Positions 10,117 through 20,072 of a DNA stretch of 64,000 nucleotides are shown here, one piece after another. Position 1 is the first letter of the stretch, and the number at the start of each line of letters is the position of its first letter. The stretch comes from Escherichia phage MRostami-2023b: the sequence record OQ031492; one strand, written 5' to 3'. A program made the translations under genes and the position numbers. The notes under the pieces are model-generated. The model was not told the origin of the DNA and did not search any database. It saw nothing but the letters and a program-made list of their open reading frames with translations.

Positions 10117-12789
10117 ATGTTTCCAATTCCAATATTTACTATTATGACCAGCACTGGTGTCGTTCCTCTGCCAGCAGGTATTGTTAAAAAAGTAATCACT
10201 TTAGATTACCCAGATAACGCTGGTAATTCTAACAGCAGTTTAGCAATTTTGCTTAATGATGGTAGATTGTTTACTCAAGGCGCAAACCTCTTTGGTGAGA
10301 TTGCAGATGGAACTCGTAGTGCACGATTCAATAATTTCTACTTAGCTTCTACTGTAGTAGCGGATGTGTTTACCGCAGATCGTTGTTTTGTTATTAAAAC
10401 TAACAGCGGGGGATGGCAATATTCAGGATTGACAGCAGGGTTGGTAGGATCTATAGCAGCAGGTGGTACGGATGCATGTGTAACTACTTGGACCAGCTTT
10501 CCATCTGTAATAACAGGGACTATCTCTTTAGCCAATCTTAAAGAGGTTAAGGGAGGATATAACAACACTCTCTGGTTAATGAATAGTGGTGTTCTTTATG
10601 GATCAGGTCAAAACACAGTAGGCAGTTTAGGTGCAAGTACTACTAACGAAGTTTCTACTCCTCGTCAGATAACAAGTTCAGCAGTTGCTTTTGATGCAGG
10701 TTACAACCAATGCTCTTATGTCAACAATGTGGGAACCTTGCGTGTTTGTGGAGCTAGTAAAGGTTTAGCAGGTAATAATAACACAACAACCGCTTTTGTC
10801 AATGCCACGATATCCACTACTGAAACAGTGTATGTCAAAGATTACATCAATACAGTTTCCCAGACAATAGTTGTAGGAGATACCTCCGGTGGCGCGGGTA
10901 CAGTAAACTACTTATATGTTAGATCTAATACAGAAACAACCTACACTAAACTGGACACCTTTGCAGCAGGTTTCTCAACATGGAAATTTCCACCAAGCCG
11001 CCACTCTTTTTTCGTTGGGATCAATAATTCCTTGTGGGCTATTGGTAAGAACTACACTGCAAACTTAGGTTTGGGATATGATTCTGCGAGCGGAGATCCA
11101 CTCCAAGTGGGAAAACCAGTTAAACCTGAAGGAGTGGGTTCCTGGGATATAAACAAGCTCACAAGCGTTCATACGTTGAATATGGATATTACTAACCAAT
11201 TAGGTTATCAAGGAACCTTTTTCGTTTATAACGGGGATATGTATTATTCCGGTATTTGGAAAGATGGGAAAGCCTCGTATCTGTTCAATAGTGGTCTAAA
11301 CTATAATAAATTCACACCAATAGCAAGCTCCGTGATTACGGGGGATGTTCTGGCAACTGGCTTAACTACAGATTCTTTAGGAATTTGTATTGTAGGTGGA
11401 ACTAAACAGTTGACACATTCTGTTAGCCCAGAAGGAGGTAAACTTTTCAATATTAAATACACTTCTTCTGCCCCTGCAAACATGACAATATCATCTACTG
11501 GTTTAATGACTTTCCATGCAGAAGGTGGTTTTGATGCAGGTATGACAGCCTTAAACGCTGAAGGAACAACTTTATCAGATACCTCTGGAGGATATGCTTC
11601 AACATTGAGTGTTTACACCCCTAGCTTATCTGCGATGGATGTAGGAACAACACAAACAATGGTAGCAGAAATAACGCCAACAGGAGCAGCAAGCTTACCT
11701 GGTATGGTTGTTGAGTATACAACTACAGATCCTAATGTTGCTACAGTAGATCCTACAACTGGTGTAATAACTGGTGTTGGTGATGGTGGTTGTAGAATTG
11801 GTTGCACAGCTACATATCAAGGTGTTGTTACCGCTTCTGATAGTTCTTATTTAACGGTGAACGCTGTTGCGGGAAAGGAGTTAGCTCCATCTCCGAGTAG
11901 TAGTTTAACGGTTCTAAACGGATATTTCAACCACTCGGCAGATGGGGCAATTACGTTCCCAATTTTATCGGGTACTGTCACACCAGCTAACTTTGTAGTT
12001 AAGGTGGATGACGTTGTAATACCTTCAAATAAAGTAATATTTAGAAATAAAGCTTTCTCTACAGTGGATAGTTATCCAGCAGGAGAATATAGACTGGCTA
12101 TTGAATTTGCAAGTGCTTCAGTAGTGAATAGTGTTGATGTGTCTATGGAAGCAAATCCAGATCTTTTAGAATTATGGGGCGGCAACAGAATTGGTTATTC
12201 TACAAGCCCAGCCTCACAATTCTTAAAAGGTTGTGCTAACTTAAGACGAATAACTTCTGATTGTTTTAGTAACACATCTTACACCGGAACATCTATAAGT
12301 GGTATCTTCTCTGGCTGTACAAGTTTGACAGCTATCCCTGAAGGATTATTCAGTGATGCTTTATTTCCTTCAATGACAACAATGTCAAGCACGTTTGAAG
12401 GTTGTACATCTTTAACATCTATTCCTTCAGATTTATTTAAAAATCTATCAAAAGTTACAAGATATTCTTACACCTTTAAAGATTGCACCTCTCTTGCAGA
12501 AGTTCCAGCAGGAATGTTTGATAATATTCCAACGAAAGTGACCTCTTTAACAGCTACATTCCAAGGTTGTTTAGCACTTACAGATTTTAATAAAATCTTT
12601 AATGACAACCCAGGGTTAACTGTTTGTGGTAAACGTGGAGCATTATCTTCTTTCTTTAGTGGATGCACAAATCTTACAGGAACAGGAACAACATTAACAA
12701 ATACATTAGGCGGAGTAGCTAATAGTTACCTATTCAGGTATTGCACAAAACTTTCTGATTATAACAATATTCCTTCGGGTTATAAATAA
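10117..12789 (+). CDS. Tail fibre/adhesin with Ig-like region and C-terminal BspA-type leucine-rich repeats
   Basis: 890 aa; C-terminal repeats GCTSLTAIPEGLF / GCTSLTSIPSDLF / DCTSLAEVPAGMF / GCLALTDF / GCTNLTG. Confidence 0.5.
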   Translation: MFPIPIFTIMTSTGVVPLPAGIVKKVITLDYPDNAGNSNSSLAILLNDGRLFTQGANLFGEIADGTRSARFNNFYLASTVVADVFTADRCFVIKTNSGGWQYSGLTAGLVGSIAAGGTDACVTTWTSFPSVITGTISLANLKEVKGGYNNTLWLMNSGVLYGSGQNTVGSLGASTTNEVSTPRQITSSAVAFDAGYNQCSYVNNVGTLRVCGASKGLAGNNNTTTAFVNATISTTETVYVKDYINTVSQTIVVGDTSGGAGTVNYLYVRSNTETTYTKLDTFAAGFSTWKFPPSRHSFFVGINNSLWAIGKNYTANLGLGYDSASGDPLQVGKPVKPEGVGSWDINKLTSVHTLNMDITNQLGYQGTFFVYNGDMYYSGIWKDGKASYLFNSGLNYNKFTPIASSVITGDVLATGLTTDSLGICIVGGTKQLTHSVSPEGGKLFNIKYTSSAPANMTISSTGLMTFHAEGGFDAGMTALNAEGTTLSDTSGGYASTLSVYTPSLSAMDVGTTQTMVAEITPTGAASLPGMVVEYTTTDPNVATVDPTTGVITGVGDGGCRIGCTATYQGVVTASDSSYLTVNAVAGKELAPSPSSSLTVLNGYFNHSADGAITFPILSGTVTPANFVVKVDDVVIPSNKVIFRNKAFSTVDSYPAGEYRLAIEFASASVVNSVDVSMEANPDLLELWGGNRIGYSTSPASQFLKGCANLRRITSDCFSNTSYTGTSISGIFSGCTSLTAIPEGLFSDALFPSMTTMSSTFEGCTSLTSIPSDLFKNLSKVTRYSYTFKDCTSLAEVPAGMFDNIPTKVTSLTATFQGCLALTDFNKIFNDNPGLTVCGKRGALSSFFSGCTNLTGTGTTLTNTLGGVANSYLFRYCTKLSDYNNIPSGYK

Positions 12790-12791
12790 GA

Positions 12792-12819
12792 AAAGGAGCC
12801 ATTTGGCTCCTTTCTTTTA
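12792..12819. terminator. Bidirectional rho-independent terminator between convergent gene blocks
   Basis: aaaggagcc-attt-ggctccttt hairpin flanked by A-run and T-run; genes converge here. Confidence 0.75.
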
Positions 12820-12845
12820 TAAAAACTCTTTATAGATCAATAAGA

Positions 12846-13733
12846 TCAGAATGGAATATCATCATCGAAGTCCATTGGAGGTTCTTCTTGATTACTTGGA
12901 GTTGGTTCTGGTTGTGGTTCAGGTTTTTTAACTTCTTTCTTCTCTTCTTTCTTAGGTTGTTCTGCGGAACCACGAATGGCAGCAGCAACTTTATCAGACA
13001 AAGCTAGAACTTTACGAGCAGAGTCAATCAAATCTTCTACAGATACAGTCTTAATGGTATGGTCTTTACAAGCATTGAGGATAGCGTGACCAACAGATGC
13101 CCCAAGATCATAATCATTAATGTCAACGCCACGAGATTCAGCAATTTCCGATTTCAGCGTGACAGTTGCAGATTGAACAACCCCAGCGATATCGAAAGCA
13201 TCACCTTTAACACCATTACGAATCAGTTCCAGTGCACCATTTACTGCGTGACCAGTTTCCAGACCTACAGTATCACGTTTTTTATAGGACTGCTTAGGAG
13301 CAGCATCGTTGGAACCTTTATTGCCAGAAGATTTGTTAGACTTCTGAACACCATCGGTAGACAATACTGTAATACGAGATTTTTTAGTATTGTAGTAAGT
13401 TTTACCGCCTTTATTATCAACGCGATCAATATCAATACTTACTTCTACACCTTTTTCAATAGTGATCCAATTATCACCTTCTTTGACTTGCAGGTTTTCA
13501 TAACCTTCTTTCAGTTCAATGTCACCAAGAGAAATCCAAACACCTTTCTCATCTGGTTTAGCACCTTTCTCTTTCAGAACAAGAGAAGCTCGGTGAGTTG
13601 AAACAATCGTTTTTCCTTCCCAATGAAAAGTTTTAGGTTCAGCGAATTTATCCAGTTTAACGTAGTCTACGATACCAGTTGCATAAGTTACGGTTTTGCC
13701 TTTACGATCAGTTTCAGTATTAATTACGGACAT
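12846..13733 (-). CDS. ssb: Single-stranded DNA-binding protein with E. coli SSB-type acidic C-terminal tail
   Basis: 295 aa; C-terminus ...PPMDFDDDIPF identical in type to bacterial SSB-Ct; Pro/Glu/Lys-rich linker before tail. Confidence 0.6.
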   Translation of the reverse strand: MSVINTETDRKGKTVTYATGIVDYVKLDKFAEPKTFHWEGKTIVSTHRASLVLKEKGAKPDEKGVWISLGDIELKEGYENLQVKEGDNWITIEKGVEVSIDIDRVDNKGGKTYYNTKKSRITVLSTDGVQKSNKSSGNKGSNDAAPKQSYKKRDTVGLETGHAVNGALELIRNGVKGDAFDIAGVVQSATVTLKSEIAESRGVDINDYDLGASVGHAILNACKDHTIKTVSVEDLIDSARKVLALSDKVAAAIRGSAEQPKKEEKKEVKKPEPQPEPTPSNQEEPPMDFDDDIPF

Positions 13734-13749
13734 TATTATCTCCTCTACA

Positions 13750-14142
13750 TTACATTAATTTTGCACAGAAAGAGCGGAGTCTTTCCATATCATCTTGCTC
13801 TAACAGGTATTTACCTTTACCTATTCCAACTCCAATTTCACCATTAGGGAAATGAACTATTTGCACTGGAAAACCTCCGAGTTTAATTGTGGCAGCTTTG
13901 CCTTCTTCGTCTATAACGTTTCGGATTGTATCTTGCAGTGAAATGAATTCTTTGTTTGTAACAGTGGTTTCAATTATTTCAGATGTTTCAACACGAGCAG
14001 TTAGCTTCTTGTTTCCACCTTGAATAACCAAAATTTGAAAATAAAAAGAGTTGTCAAGACCTACAACATTTTTCTCAACTAGTGTCAAACTGGTATAGTT
14101 TCCATAAACAGTTTCAACAGCTATCTTAGAACGTTCAGTCAT
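13750..14142 (-). CDS. Hypothetical protein
   Basis: 130 aa ORF in replication operon. Confidence 0.4.
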   Translation of the reverse strand: MTERSKIAVETVYGNYTSLTLVEKNVVGLDNSFYFQILVIQGGNKKLTARVETSEIIETTVTNKEFISLQDTIRNVIDEEGKAATIKLGGFPVQIVHFPNGEIGVGIGKGKYLLEQDDMERLRSFCAKLM

Positions 14143-14187
14143 TGAATGCTATCCTATCATAAAATGTTTAATATTGTCAAGCTTTAA

Positions 14188-14781
14188 TTACCAAGGAATA
14201 TCCTCTTCTTCCAATCTGGTATCTACTTGAGGTGGACGTGGAACCTTAACCTCTTTCACAAAACGAAGATATGGGAAACGTGTAGCAATTTTAATAACGT
14301 GTTTGGCATCTTCTCTAACGTCTTTGTGCAAGAAGCAGATCCCTGTTTCCAAGGTTGTTTCAAAATCTTTAGAATAATAACAATCCTTCCCATCAAATGC
14401 AGCCTGGCAGATGGACAGATCGAACTCATTTAGAAAGGTTGTCATTACGCTTGGTTCCATAATCATAAGGTTGCAAAGCTGACCATCACGTTCAAACTCA
14501 AAAACGTGTTTAAGACCAGTAACACCTTCATAATTGTCAGAAGCCTCTTTGTTTCCTAGTTTACGAATATTGGTTCCCATTAAAGCAGATGCAATTAATC
14601 CTTGTATTTGTTCTTCAGTCCGATGTGCAGGAAGGGATGTATAGAAATCAAGATCACGTCCAGCAATATCAAGAATACGCCAATCACGAACAGCACCGCC
14701 AGCCAAGACAGAATTAGGATCAGCGATCTTTAATACGGTAAGAATTTCTTTGGCAATATTGATTTGTTTTGATTTAGTCAT
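14188..14781 (-). CDS. Pol-beta-superfamily nucleotidyltransferase (CCA-adding-enzyme head-domain-like) with SSB-tail-like C-terminus
   Basis: VLAGGAVRDWRILDIAGRDLDFY matches GGxVRD...DxD nucleotidyltransferase motif of class II tRNA nucleotidyltransferases; ends ...EEEDIPW. Confidence 0.5.
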   Translation of the reverse strand: MTKSKQINIAKEILTVLKIADPNSVLAGGAVRDWRILDIAGRDLDFYTSLPAHRTEEQIQGLIASALMGTNIRKLGNKEASDNYEGVTGLKHVFEFERDGQLCNLMIMEPSVMTTFLNEFDLSICQAAFDGKDCYYSKDFETTLETGICFLHKDVREDAKHVIKIATRFPYLRFVKEVKVPRPPQVDTRLEEEDIPW

Positions 14782-14992
14782 TGATACGCTCCACAGTTAC
14801 TTTTACAACATCATCCATATTAATCTCATCCCCCAAGACCTCAATAACACCTTCCTCATAAAGTCGAGCACATTCTTCCCACACTTCAGCTTCCGTCATT
14901 CCACCTGCAATCTTATTTGCAAGACCTTTAATAACATCTTCATTTTGTTCATCAACAAGAATTGAAACATTAAAGCTCACTAATTTACGCAT
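14774..14992 (-). CDS. Hypothetical protein
   Basis: 72 aa ORF, start overlaps downstream gene. Confidence 0.35.
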   Translation of the reverse strand: MRKLVSFNVSILVDEQNEDVIKGLANKIAGGMTEAEVWEECARLYEEGVIEVLGDEINMDDVVKVTVERIND

Positions 14993-15169
14993 TGTTTTCT
15001 CCTTATACTTCTAAACGGAAAGTTTCTTTAGATACAAAATCGTATCCACCTTTTTCAAGCCAGTCATTGTAAACCTCATCGGCTTGAGACTCTATCATAA
15101 AATACCGAGTGGTAACTTCGTCTCCGACAATACGCACAATTTTATAGCAAATCATGATACCATTTCCCA

Positions 15170-15362
15170 TTAATCTTCCTCCAGATCAATTTCATTATAA
15201 CAATGTATACAGAAACCATCATTGTGCATATGTTGTTCATAAGACATATCTTTACCACAAGACCAACAACGGATATCCCCATCGTCCCATTCACGTTCTT
15301 CTTCGCCTTCAAATTCATCTGGTAGGTAAGGCATACCAAAATAATCTAAATCGTAACTCATA
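15170..15362 (-). CDS. Small zinc-ribbon protein
   Basis: Start re-set to ATG after RBS aggaga (MSYDLDYFG...); CWSCG...CIHC Cys pairs; 9 N just upstream. Confidence 0.4.
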
Positions 15363-15410
15363 TCTTCTCCTANNNNNNNNNAGAAACTCCTTAAAAAGCA
15401 ATAGGTTAGA

Positions 15411-18400
15411 CTAATGGCAACTGGCCCAGGAATTTCCCACGTCATATCCAGCAGTAAGCTGAACATTAAGATTGTAAAATTCTCCAGCCTTAGTAACAGC
15501 TAAAGCAGCAAGTTCACCTGCCCGACTATAAGCTGTAAACCATCCACCTTTGGGAGATTCATGAATGTTAGCCCAAATTTGCCCTGTCTCTTTTTCCTTA
15601 TTATGCTTCCATTCTTCGACTTTAGCAAGGCATTCTTTATCAATTTTCTTTTGTTCTTCAGGATCGTCTACTTTCTTCCAACCTAATGATTCAGGTGAAA
15701 ACCATTTGAATTCTACAAGGTTACGAGAAACTTCAAGCTGGGCTTCATCGTGGTATGCAATCATTTGTTGCACGAAGTCTTTATTCTTCCAGTCATCTTT
15801 AAAGAAGTCAACACTTAGCCCTTCTTCTTCGATCATGTCATCATAAATAACCATTGCACGTTTAGCACAGATAACCCCACCGCTTTGGAACAGAGAGTTA
15901 AGAATCGCGTGAGCAGAACGAGTAGGAACCTTACGACCGTCAATACCCAAAACATATTGTTTACCAGTCTTAACCCAAAAATCGTTTAAACGTTCTTTAA
16001 GACGCGCCAATGGGAATGCAGCTTCCCAGAAAGCATCAAACACCAATTGACCTGTAAACTTATCGCTACCAATTGTTTTAGCAACCTTGTCGGCTTGTGC
16101 ACCATAGGTAATACCATACTTAACAGATTTAGCAGGACTACGTTCAAATTTACGTCCAATAGTTTCAGTGATACGTTTTGCCATCATTGTGTGAACATCG
16201 TTAGGTTTCTCTAACAACAGAGCGTTACAATATTCGTGTGGCTCCGGCTCGTACCGCCAACAGTTNNNNNNNNNNNNNNNNNNNNNNNNNNNNNNNNNNN
16301 NNNNNNNNNNNNNNNNNNNNNNNNNNNNNNNNNNNNNNNNNNNNNNNNNNNNNNNNNNNNNNNNNNNNNNNNNNNNNNNNNNNNNNNNNNNNNNNNNNNN
16401 NNNNNNNNNNNNNNNNNNNNNNNNNNNNNNNNNNNNNNNNNNNNNNNNNNNNNNNNNNNNNNNNNNNNNNNNNNNNNNNNNNNNNNNNNNNNNNNNNNNN
16501 NNNNNNNNNNNNNNNNNNNNNNNNNNNNNNNNNNNNNNNNNNNNNNNNNNNNNNNNNNNNNNNNNNNNNNNNNNNNNNNNNNNNNNNNNNNNNNNNNNNN
16601 NNNNNNNNNNNNNNNNNNNNNNNNNNNNNNNNNNNNNNNNNNNNNNNNNNNNNNNNNNNNNNNNNNNNNNNNNNNNNNNNNNNNNNNNNNNNNNNNNNNN
16701 NNNNNNNNNNNNNNNNNNNNNNNNNNNNNNNNNNNNNNNNNNNNNNNNNNNNNNNNNNNNNNNNNNNNNNNNNNNNNNNNNNNNNNNNNNNNNNNNNNNN
16801 NNNNNNNNNNNNNNNNNNNNNNNNNNNNNNNNNNNNNNNNNNNNNNNNNNNNNNNNNNNNNNNNNNNNNNNNNNNNNNNNNNNNNNNNNNNNNNNNNNNN
16901 NNNNNNNNNNNNNNNNNNNNNNNNNNNNNNNNNNNNNNNNNNNNNNNNNNNNNNNNNNNNNNNNNNNNNNNNNNNNNNNNNNNNNNATCGCCAAACAGTA
17001 GTGTGATTCAATTTTTGCTTCCAAAGAGTCGAAGTCGTAGCCGATCTGGAAGTATTTAGGAACTTCTACACCAAACAAGTTACGCATCTCCCATCCAAAC
17101 AAAGATGTGACACGAGGAATATTAGCTACAGATCTATGCTTCATACGAGAGGTTGCAGCATCACATGTAGCGGCTGGGGTAGGAATACGCCCATCCGCCC
17201 TTACTGCGGCTAAGAAACCTTTGTCATATTCTTGATCTTCCTCATCTTCTTCCCAATCAGCACCACCGCCTAAAATAGAGTTTCTACGATGCTTATACGT
17301 TAAGTATTCTACAATCTGTGTAGCATAAGGGAATTTCTCACCTAAAGCTTGCAGGTTAGGACAGATTTCTTTTTCCTGACCTTTGGTAAAACATGGGTTA
17401 GTCAATACTTTAAGACCGCGACCCTTACCTTTTGCTATACGCTCTTGAATCTTCCTTTCCAAGGTTTCCGGTGTGCACTCCAGATGATCACAACGGTCCT
17501 GACAAAAATTAGAAGATAGAGTTTGCTCAACGTAAGCTCGAATACCTTTCTGAAGTTCTTCCTCGCTCTTTTTAATCTTGGTGCCAGATTTAAGAGTCAA
17601 GTCTTTATCTTTATATTCAGACGGTACCCAACCTAATCCTACAAGCCAGTTTTTAATATGGGTTGTATCGTTCAATGTTGCAGGGATGTTAGGATCACAC
17701 AGAGGCTCATCTGCTGCAACTGGCAGTTTCCACTCTTTCCCCAACATAACTAACCACCAATCGCCATCCCTCTCTTCCAAATGACCATCATGTTTCTTAG
17801 CAAAATTGATCATATGGTTAGTTGGCTCTAAGTTCTTTTTAATTTGCAACTTAGGTGGAATAAAAGCTTTAAGATAACCTTTTGTTGCTGGTTTAGGTGG
17901 CAAAATAGGCTCAACGAGTAAACGAAGACGCTCCATTTCTGCATCCAAAAAAGCAAGGTTCTCTTCTGCTTGTTTCATGTTAAAAGCAAACCCACGGTGT
18001 TCCTGGCGTGTAATAATGTCTGCTACACGTTGTTCAAGTTCAAATGGACCTTCCCATTTATCATAATCACCCCATTCTTCCATAAGGTAATTATATACGC
18101 TCGTATTGGCTTTGTTGTCATAGATACAGTAATAAAGCATATCCGCAGCAAAAGTCTTAAATCGATCTTCTTCTGGAATCTCTTTACGGAAATCTATTTT
18201 TACATCACCACCTGCTTTTCGAGAAAGTGCTGCCAAGCTATGTCCTGATTTGCCCTCAATCTTTCGATCTGGGTTTAACACTTTACTCAAAATCAAGGAG
18301 TCAATAAGTTTTACCTTATTTTTGCCCCACGTATTATATTTAACACTGTAATCTAATCCATAAAACAGTTTTGTAGCCAACCAGTCGTAGTTGATACCGT

Positions 18401-18743
18401 TGTGAGCCACAGCCATTTCAACCAGATATTCAGGCTTGTCTTTAAAATAACCTTCATGATTAATAAAATCTGGGAAATCTTTTAGTTGAAAATGTGTGTA
18501 ATCTTGCGCCACATACTCTTTAAGAACATATGTGTATTTACCATCTGACTCTTCATAAGGACGCCCATCAAAGATGTATTTAGGGCCATCGTGGAAAGCT
18601 ATTATTTCTCCTGTTTCATGGTTCTCTAAGACAATACAGTGCATTTGAAATGTGTCTTTGAGACGATAAGGACTAGCTAAATAATCAATAGTGTCATTAT
18701 TCAACAATCCGTTTGCTTCAATATCCCATGTAAACTTACTCAC
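15411..18743 (-). CDS. DNA polymerase, family A (PolI/T7-like) with N-terminal 3'-5' exonuclease; interior masked by 721 N
   Basis: Exo I motif WDIEANGL; motif B RSPAKSVKYGITYGAQ; motif C HDEAQLEV; 1110 codons including N run 16266-16986. Confidence 0.85.
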   Translation of the reverse strand: MSKFTWDIEANGLLNNDTIDYLASPYRLKDTFQMHCIVLENHETGEIIAFHDGPKYIFDGRPYEESDGKYTYVLKEYVAQDYTHFQLKDFPDFINHEGYFKDKPEYLVEMAVAHNGINYDWLATKLFYGLDYSVKYNTWGKNKVKLIDSLILSKVLNPDRKIEGKSGHSLAALSRKAGGDVKIDFRKEIPEEDRFKTFAADMLYYCIYDNKANTSVYNYLMEEWGDYDKWEGPFELEQRVADIITRQEHRGFAFNMKQAEENLAFLDAEMERLRLLVEPILPPKPATKGYLKAFIPPKLQIKKNLEPTNHMINFAKKHDGHLEERDGDWWLVMLGKEWKLPVAADEPLCDPNIPATLNDTTHIKNWLVGLGWVPSEYKDKDLTLKSGTKIKKSEEELQKGIRAYVEQTLSSNFCQDRCDHLECTPETLERKIQERIAKGKGRGLKVLTNPCFTKGQEKEICPNLQALGEKFPYATQIVEYLTYKHRRNSILGGGADWEEDEEDQEYDKGFLAAVRADGRIPTPAATCDAATSRMKHRSVANIPRVTSLFGWEMRNLFGVEVPKYFQIGYDFDSLEAKIESHYCLAXXXXXXXXXXXXXXXXXXXXXXXXXXXXXXXXXXXXXXXXXXXXXXXXXXXXXXXXXXXXXXXXXXXXXXXXXXXXXXXXXXXXXXXXXXXXXXXXXXXXXXXXXXXXXXXXXXXXXXXXXXXXXXXXXXXXXXXXXXXXXXXXXXXXXXXXXXXXXXXXXXXXXXXXXXXXXXXXXXXXXXXXXXXXXXXXXXXXXXXXXXXXXXXXXXXXXXXXXXXXXXXXXXXXXXXXXXXXXXXXXNCWRYEPEPHEYCNALLLEKPNDVHTMMAKRITETIGRKFERSPAKSVKYGITYGAQADKVAKTIGSDKFTGQLVFDAFWEAAFPLARLKERLNDFWVKTGKQYVLGIDGRKVPTRSAHAILNSLFQSGGVICAKRAMVIYDDMIEEEGLSVDFFKDDWKNKDFVQQMIAYHDEAQLEVSRNLVEFKWFSPESLGWKKVDDPEEQKKIDKECLAKVEEWKHNKEKETGQIWANIHESPKGGWFTAYSRAGELAALAVTKAGEFYNLNVQLTAGYDVGNSWASCH
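16266..16986. other. Masked sequence (721 N) inside DNA polymerase gene
   Basis: N run. Confidence 0.9.
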
Positions 18744-19537
18744 TATTCCTCCTTTCTAATGTTCTCCAGAACCCACTGAAGTTCTTTTAAACTTAAGCTT
18801 CTTACTCCCGCAGTTTTACTAGCTTCAGCTTTAAGTAACGGGTAAGCCTCAATGATACGTGTTTTAAGATCAGAAGTCAAGGCTTTTAAAAAGTAGGTAG
18901 ATGCTTCAGATAAAGAATCTTCTTCTGATAACACTTTACCTGCACTTGCTCCCGCTCTCCTAACGGCTATGTCGTAGTCTTTACTGTTGCCTAATACGAA
19001 TAGTCGATTTTCTCCTAAAACAACGGGAGAACGCTTCTCGTTGCGTTTAATCCATATCTGGAATACACAAGGAACATCCCAAGGTTCTCCATGAAGAATA
19101 AAAGATCCTTTTGGACATTCTTCTTCGTAAAGAAGATGCATGTGGGGATTTAGTTTGTGTGCAAAAAAGATTTTTTGAAATGTGCGAGGCAAGATAAAAC
19201 AAATACCACCTTCGTTATCCAACATTTCAGCACAATGGTTAAAGAACTTAATGGCAAGACTGGCATTTTTTCCAAACGGAGGATTACCGACAAAAGCAGT
19301 TACACTACCAACAGACTCAACAGATTGAGCTAAAAAATCTGCCTCAATACAATCTTCAAACTTAGGGTCAATATCAAAAGAAGTTATGTTTTTAAAACAA
19401 GAAGAGAAAGCTCCTTCTCCCGCAGATGGTTCTACGTAGTTAGCTTCCTCTCCAAAAATTTCTTTGATCTTATCACATAAGAACCCCGCATAAGCGGGGT
19501 TAGTGTAATATTGATCAAGTGTATTCAACTTGCTCAA
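18743..19537 (-). CDS. N6-adenine DNA methyltransferase-like protein
   Basis: SAM motif EPSAGEGAF followed by catalytic NPPFG motif; stop overlaps polymerase start. Confidence 0.55.
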   Translation of the reverse strand: MSKLNTLDQYYTNPAYAGFLCDKIKEIFGEEANYVEPSAGEGAFSSCFKNITSFDIDPKFEDCIEADFLAQSVESVGSVTAFVGNPPFGKNASLAIKFFNHCAEMLDNEGGICFILPRTFQKIFFAHKLNPHMHLLYEEECPKGSFILHGEPWDVPCVFQIWIKRNEKRSPVVLGENRLFVLGNSKDYDIAVRRAGASAGKVLSEEDSLSEASTYFLKALTSDLKTRIIEAYPLLKAEASKTAGVRSLSLKELQWVLENIRKEE

Positions 19538-19546
19538 TAGTCCTCC

Positions 19547-19978
19547 TTAGTTGTTAGCGAACTCAATAGTGAGGTCAACTTTACCATCGTCAGAAATAAC
19601 CATGTTTTTGGTATTTTTAAAGATGATATCTACTTTACCTTCACTTACACGACAGAATGCGACACCATCTGCAACTTTATCGATATAATATTTGTAAGAA
19701 AGAATACCCACTTTACTACGACCAGCACCTTTTGTGAAAGAAGGGCTTACATCGAAACGGAAACCTTTAGAAGAAACAACACGGTAAGAACGTCCAGTTG
19801 GAAGATGTTCAATAACAGAGACATTGTTCTCAACAACTTTTACAGCAAACTCTTCAGGATGATCCTCAACAATCATATGTGGGATGGCAAATGCCAACGC
19901 TTGTTTGTGTTTAATAACACCAGCACCCAGAGCACCAGCAGCTTTAACTTTTGCATTCAGATCGATTGTCATACGCAT
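19547..19978 (-). CDS. Hypothetical protein
   Basis: 143 aa ORF with RBS agaggaga. Confidence 0.4.
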   Translation of the reverse strand: MRMTIDLNAKVKAAGALGAGVIKHKQALAFAIPHMIVEDHPEEFAVKVVENNVSVIEHLPTGRSYRVVSSKGFRFDVSPSFTKGAGRSKVGILSYKYYIDKVADGVAFCRVSEGKVDIIFKNTKNMVISDDGKVDLTIEFANN

Positions 19979-20011
19979 TTTTACTTCTCCTCTTGTTTGG
20001 TTGATGAGACA

Positions 20012-20040
20012 AGTATAAGTCCCTTCCGTAAAGTTGTCAA
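20012..20040 (-). promoter_or_regulatory. Sigma70-like promoter (TTGACA-17-TATACT) on minus strand
   Basis: Reverse complement reads TTGACAactttacggaagggactTATACT upstream of gene at 19978. Confidence 0.45.
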
Positions 20041-20047
20041 CAGGTAT

Positions 20048-20072
20048 TTTTAATAAAAGGGCCGAAGCCCTT
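20048..20072 (-). terminator. Hairpin terminator after primase-helicase
   Basis: aagggc-cgaa-gccctt stem-loop followed on minus strand by U-rich tract. Confidence 0.5.

Noticed and set aside
16211-17059. ORFs composed almost entirely of X (from N runs) on both strands
   Set aside because: Artefacts of translating masked sequence.
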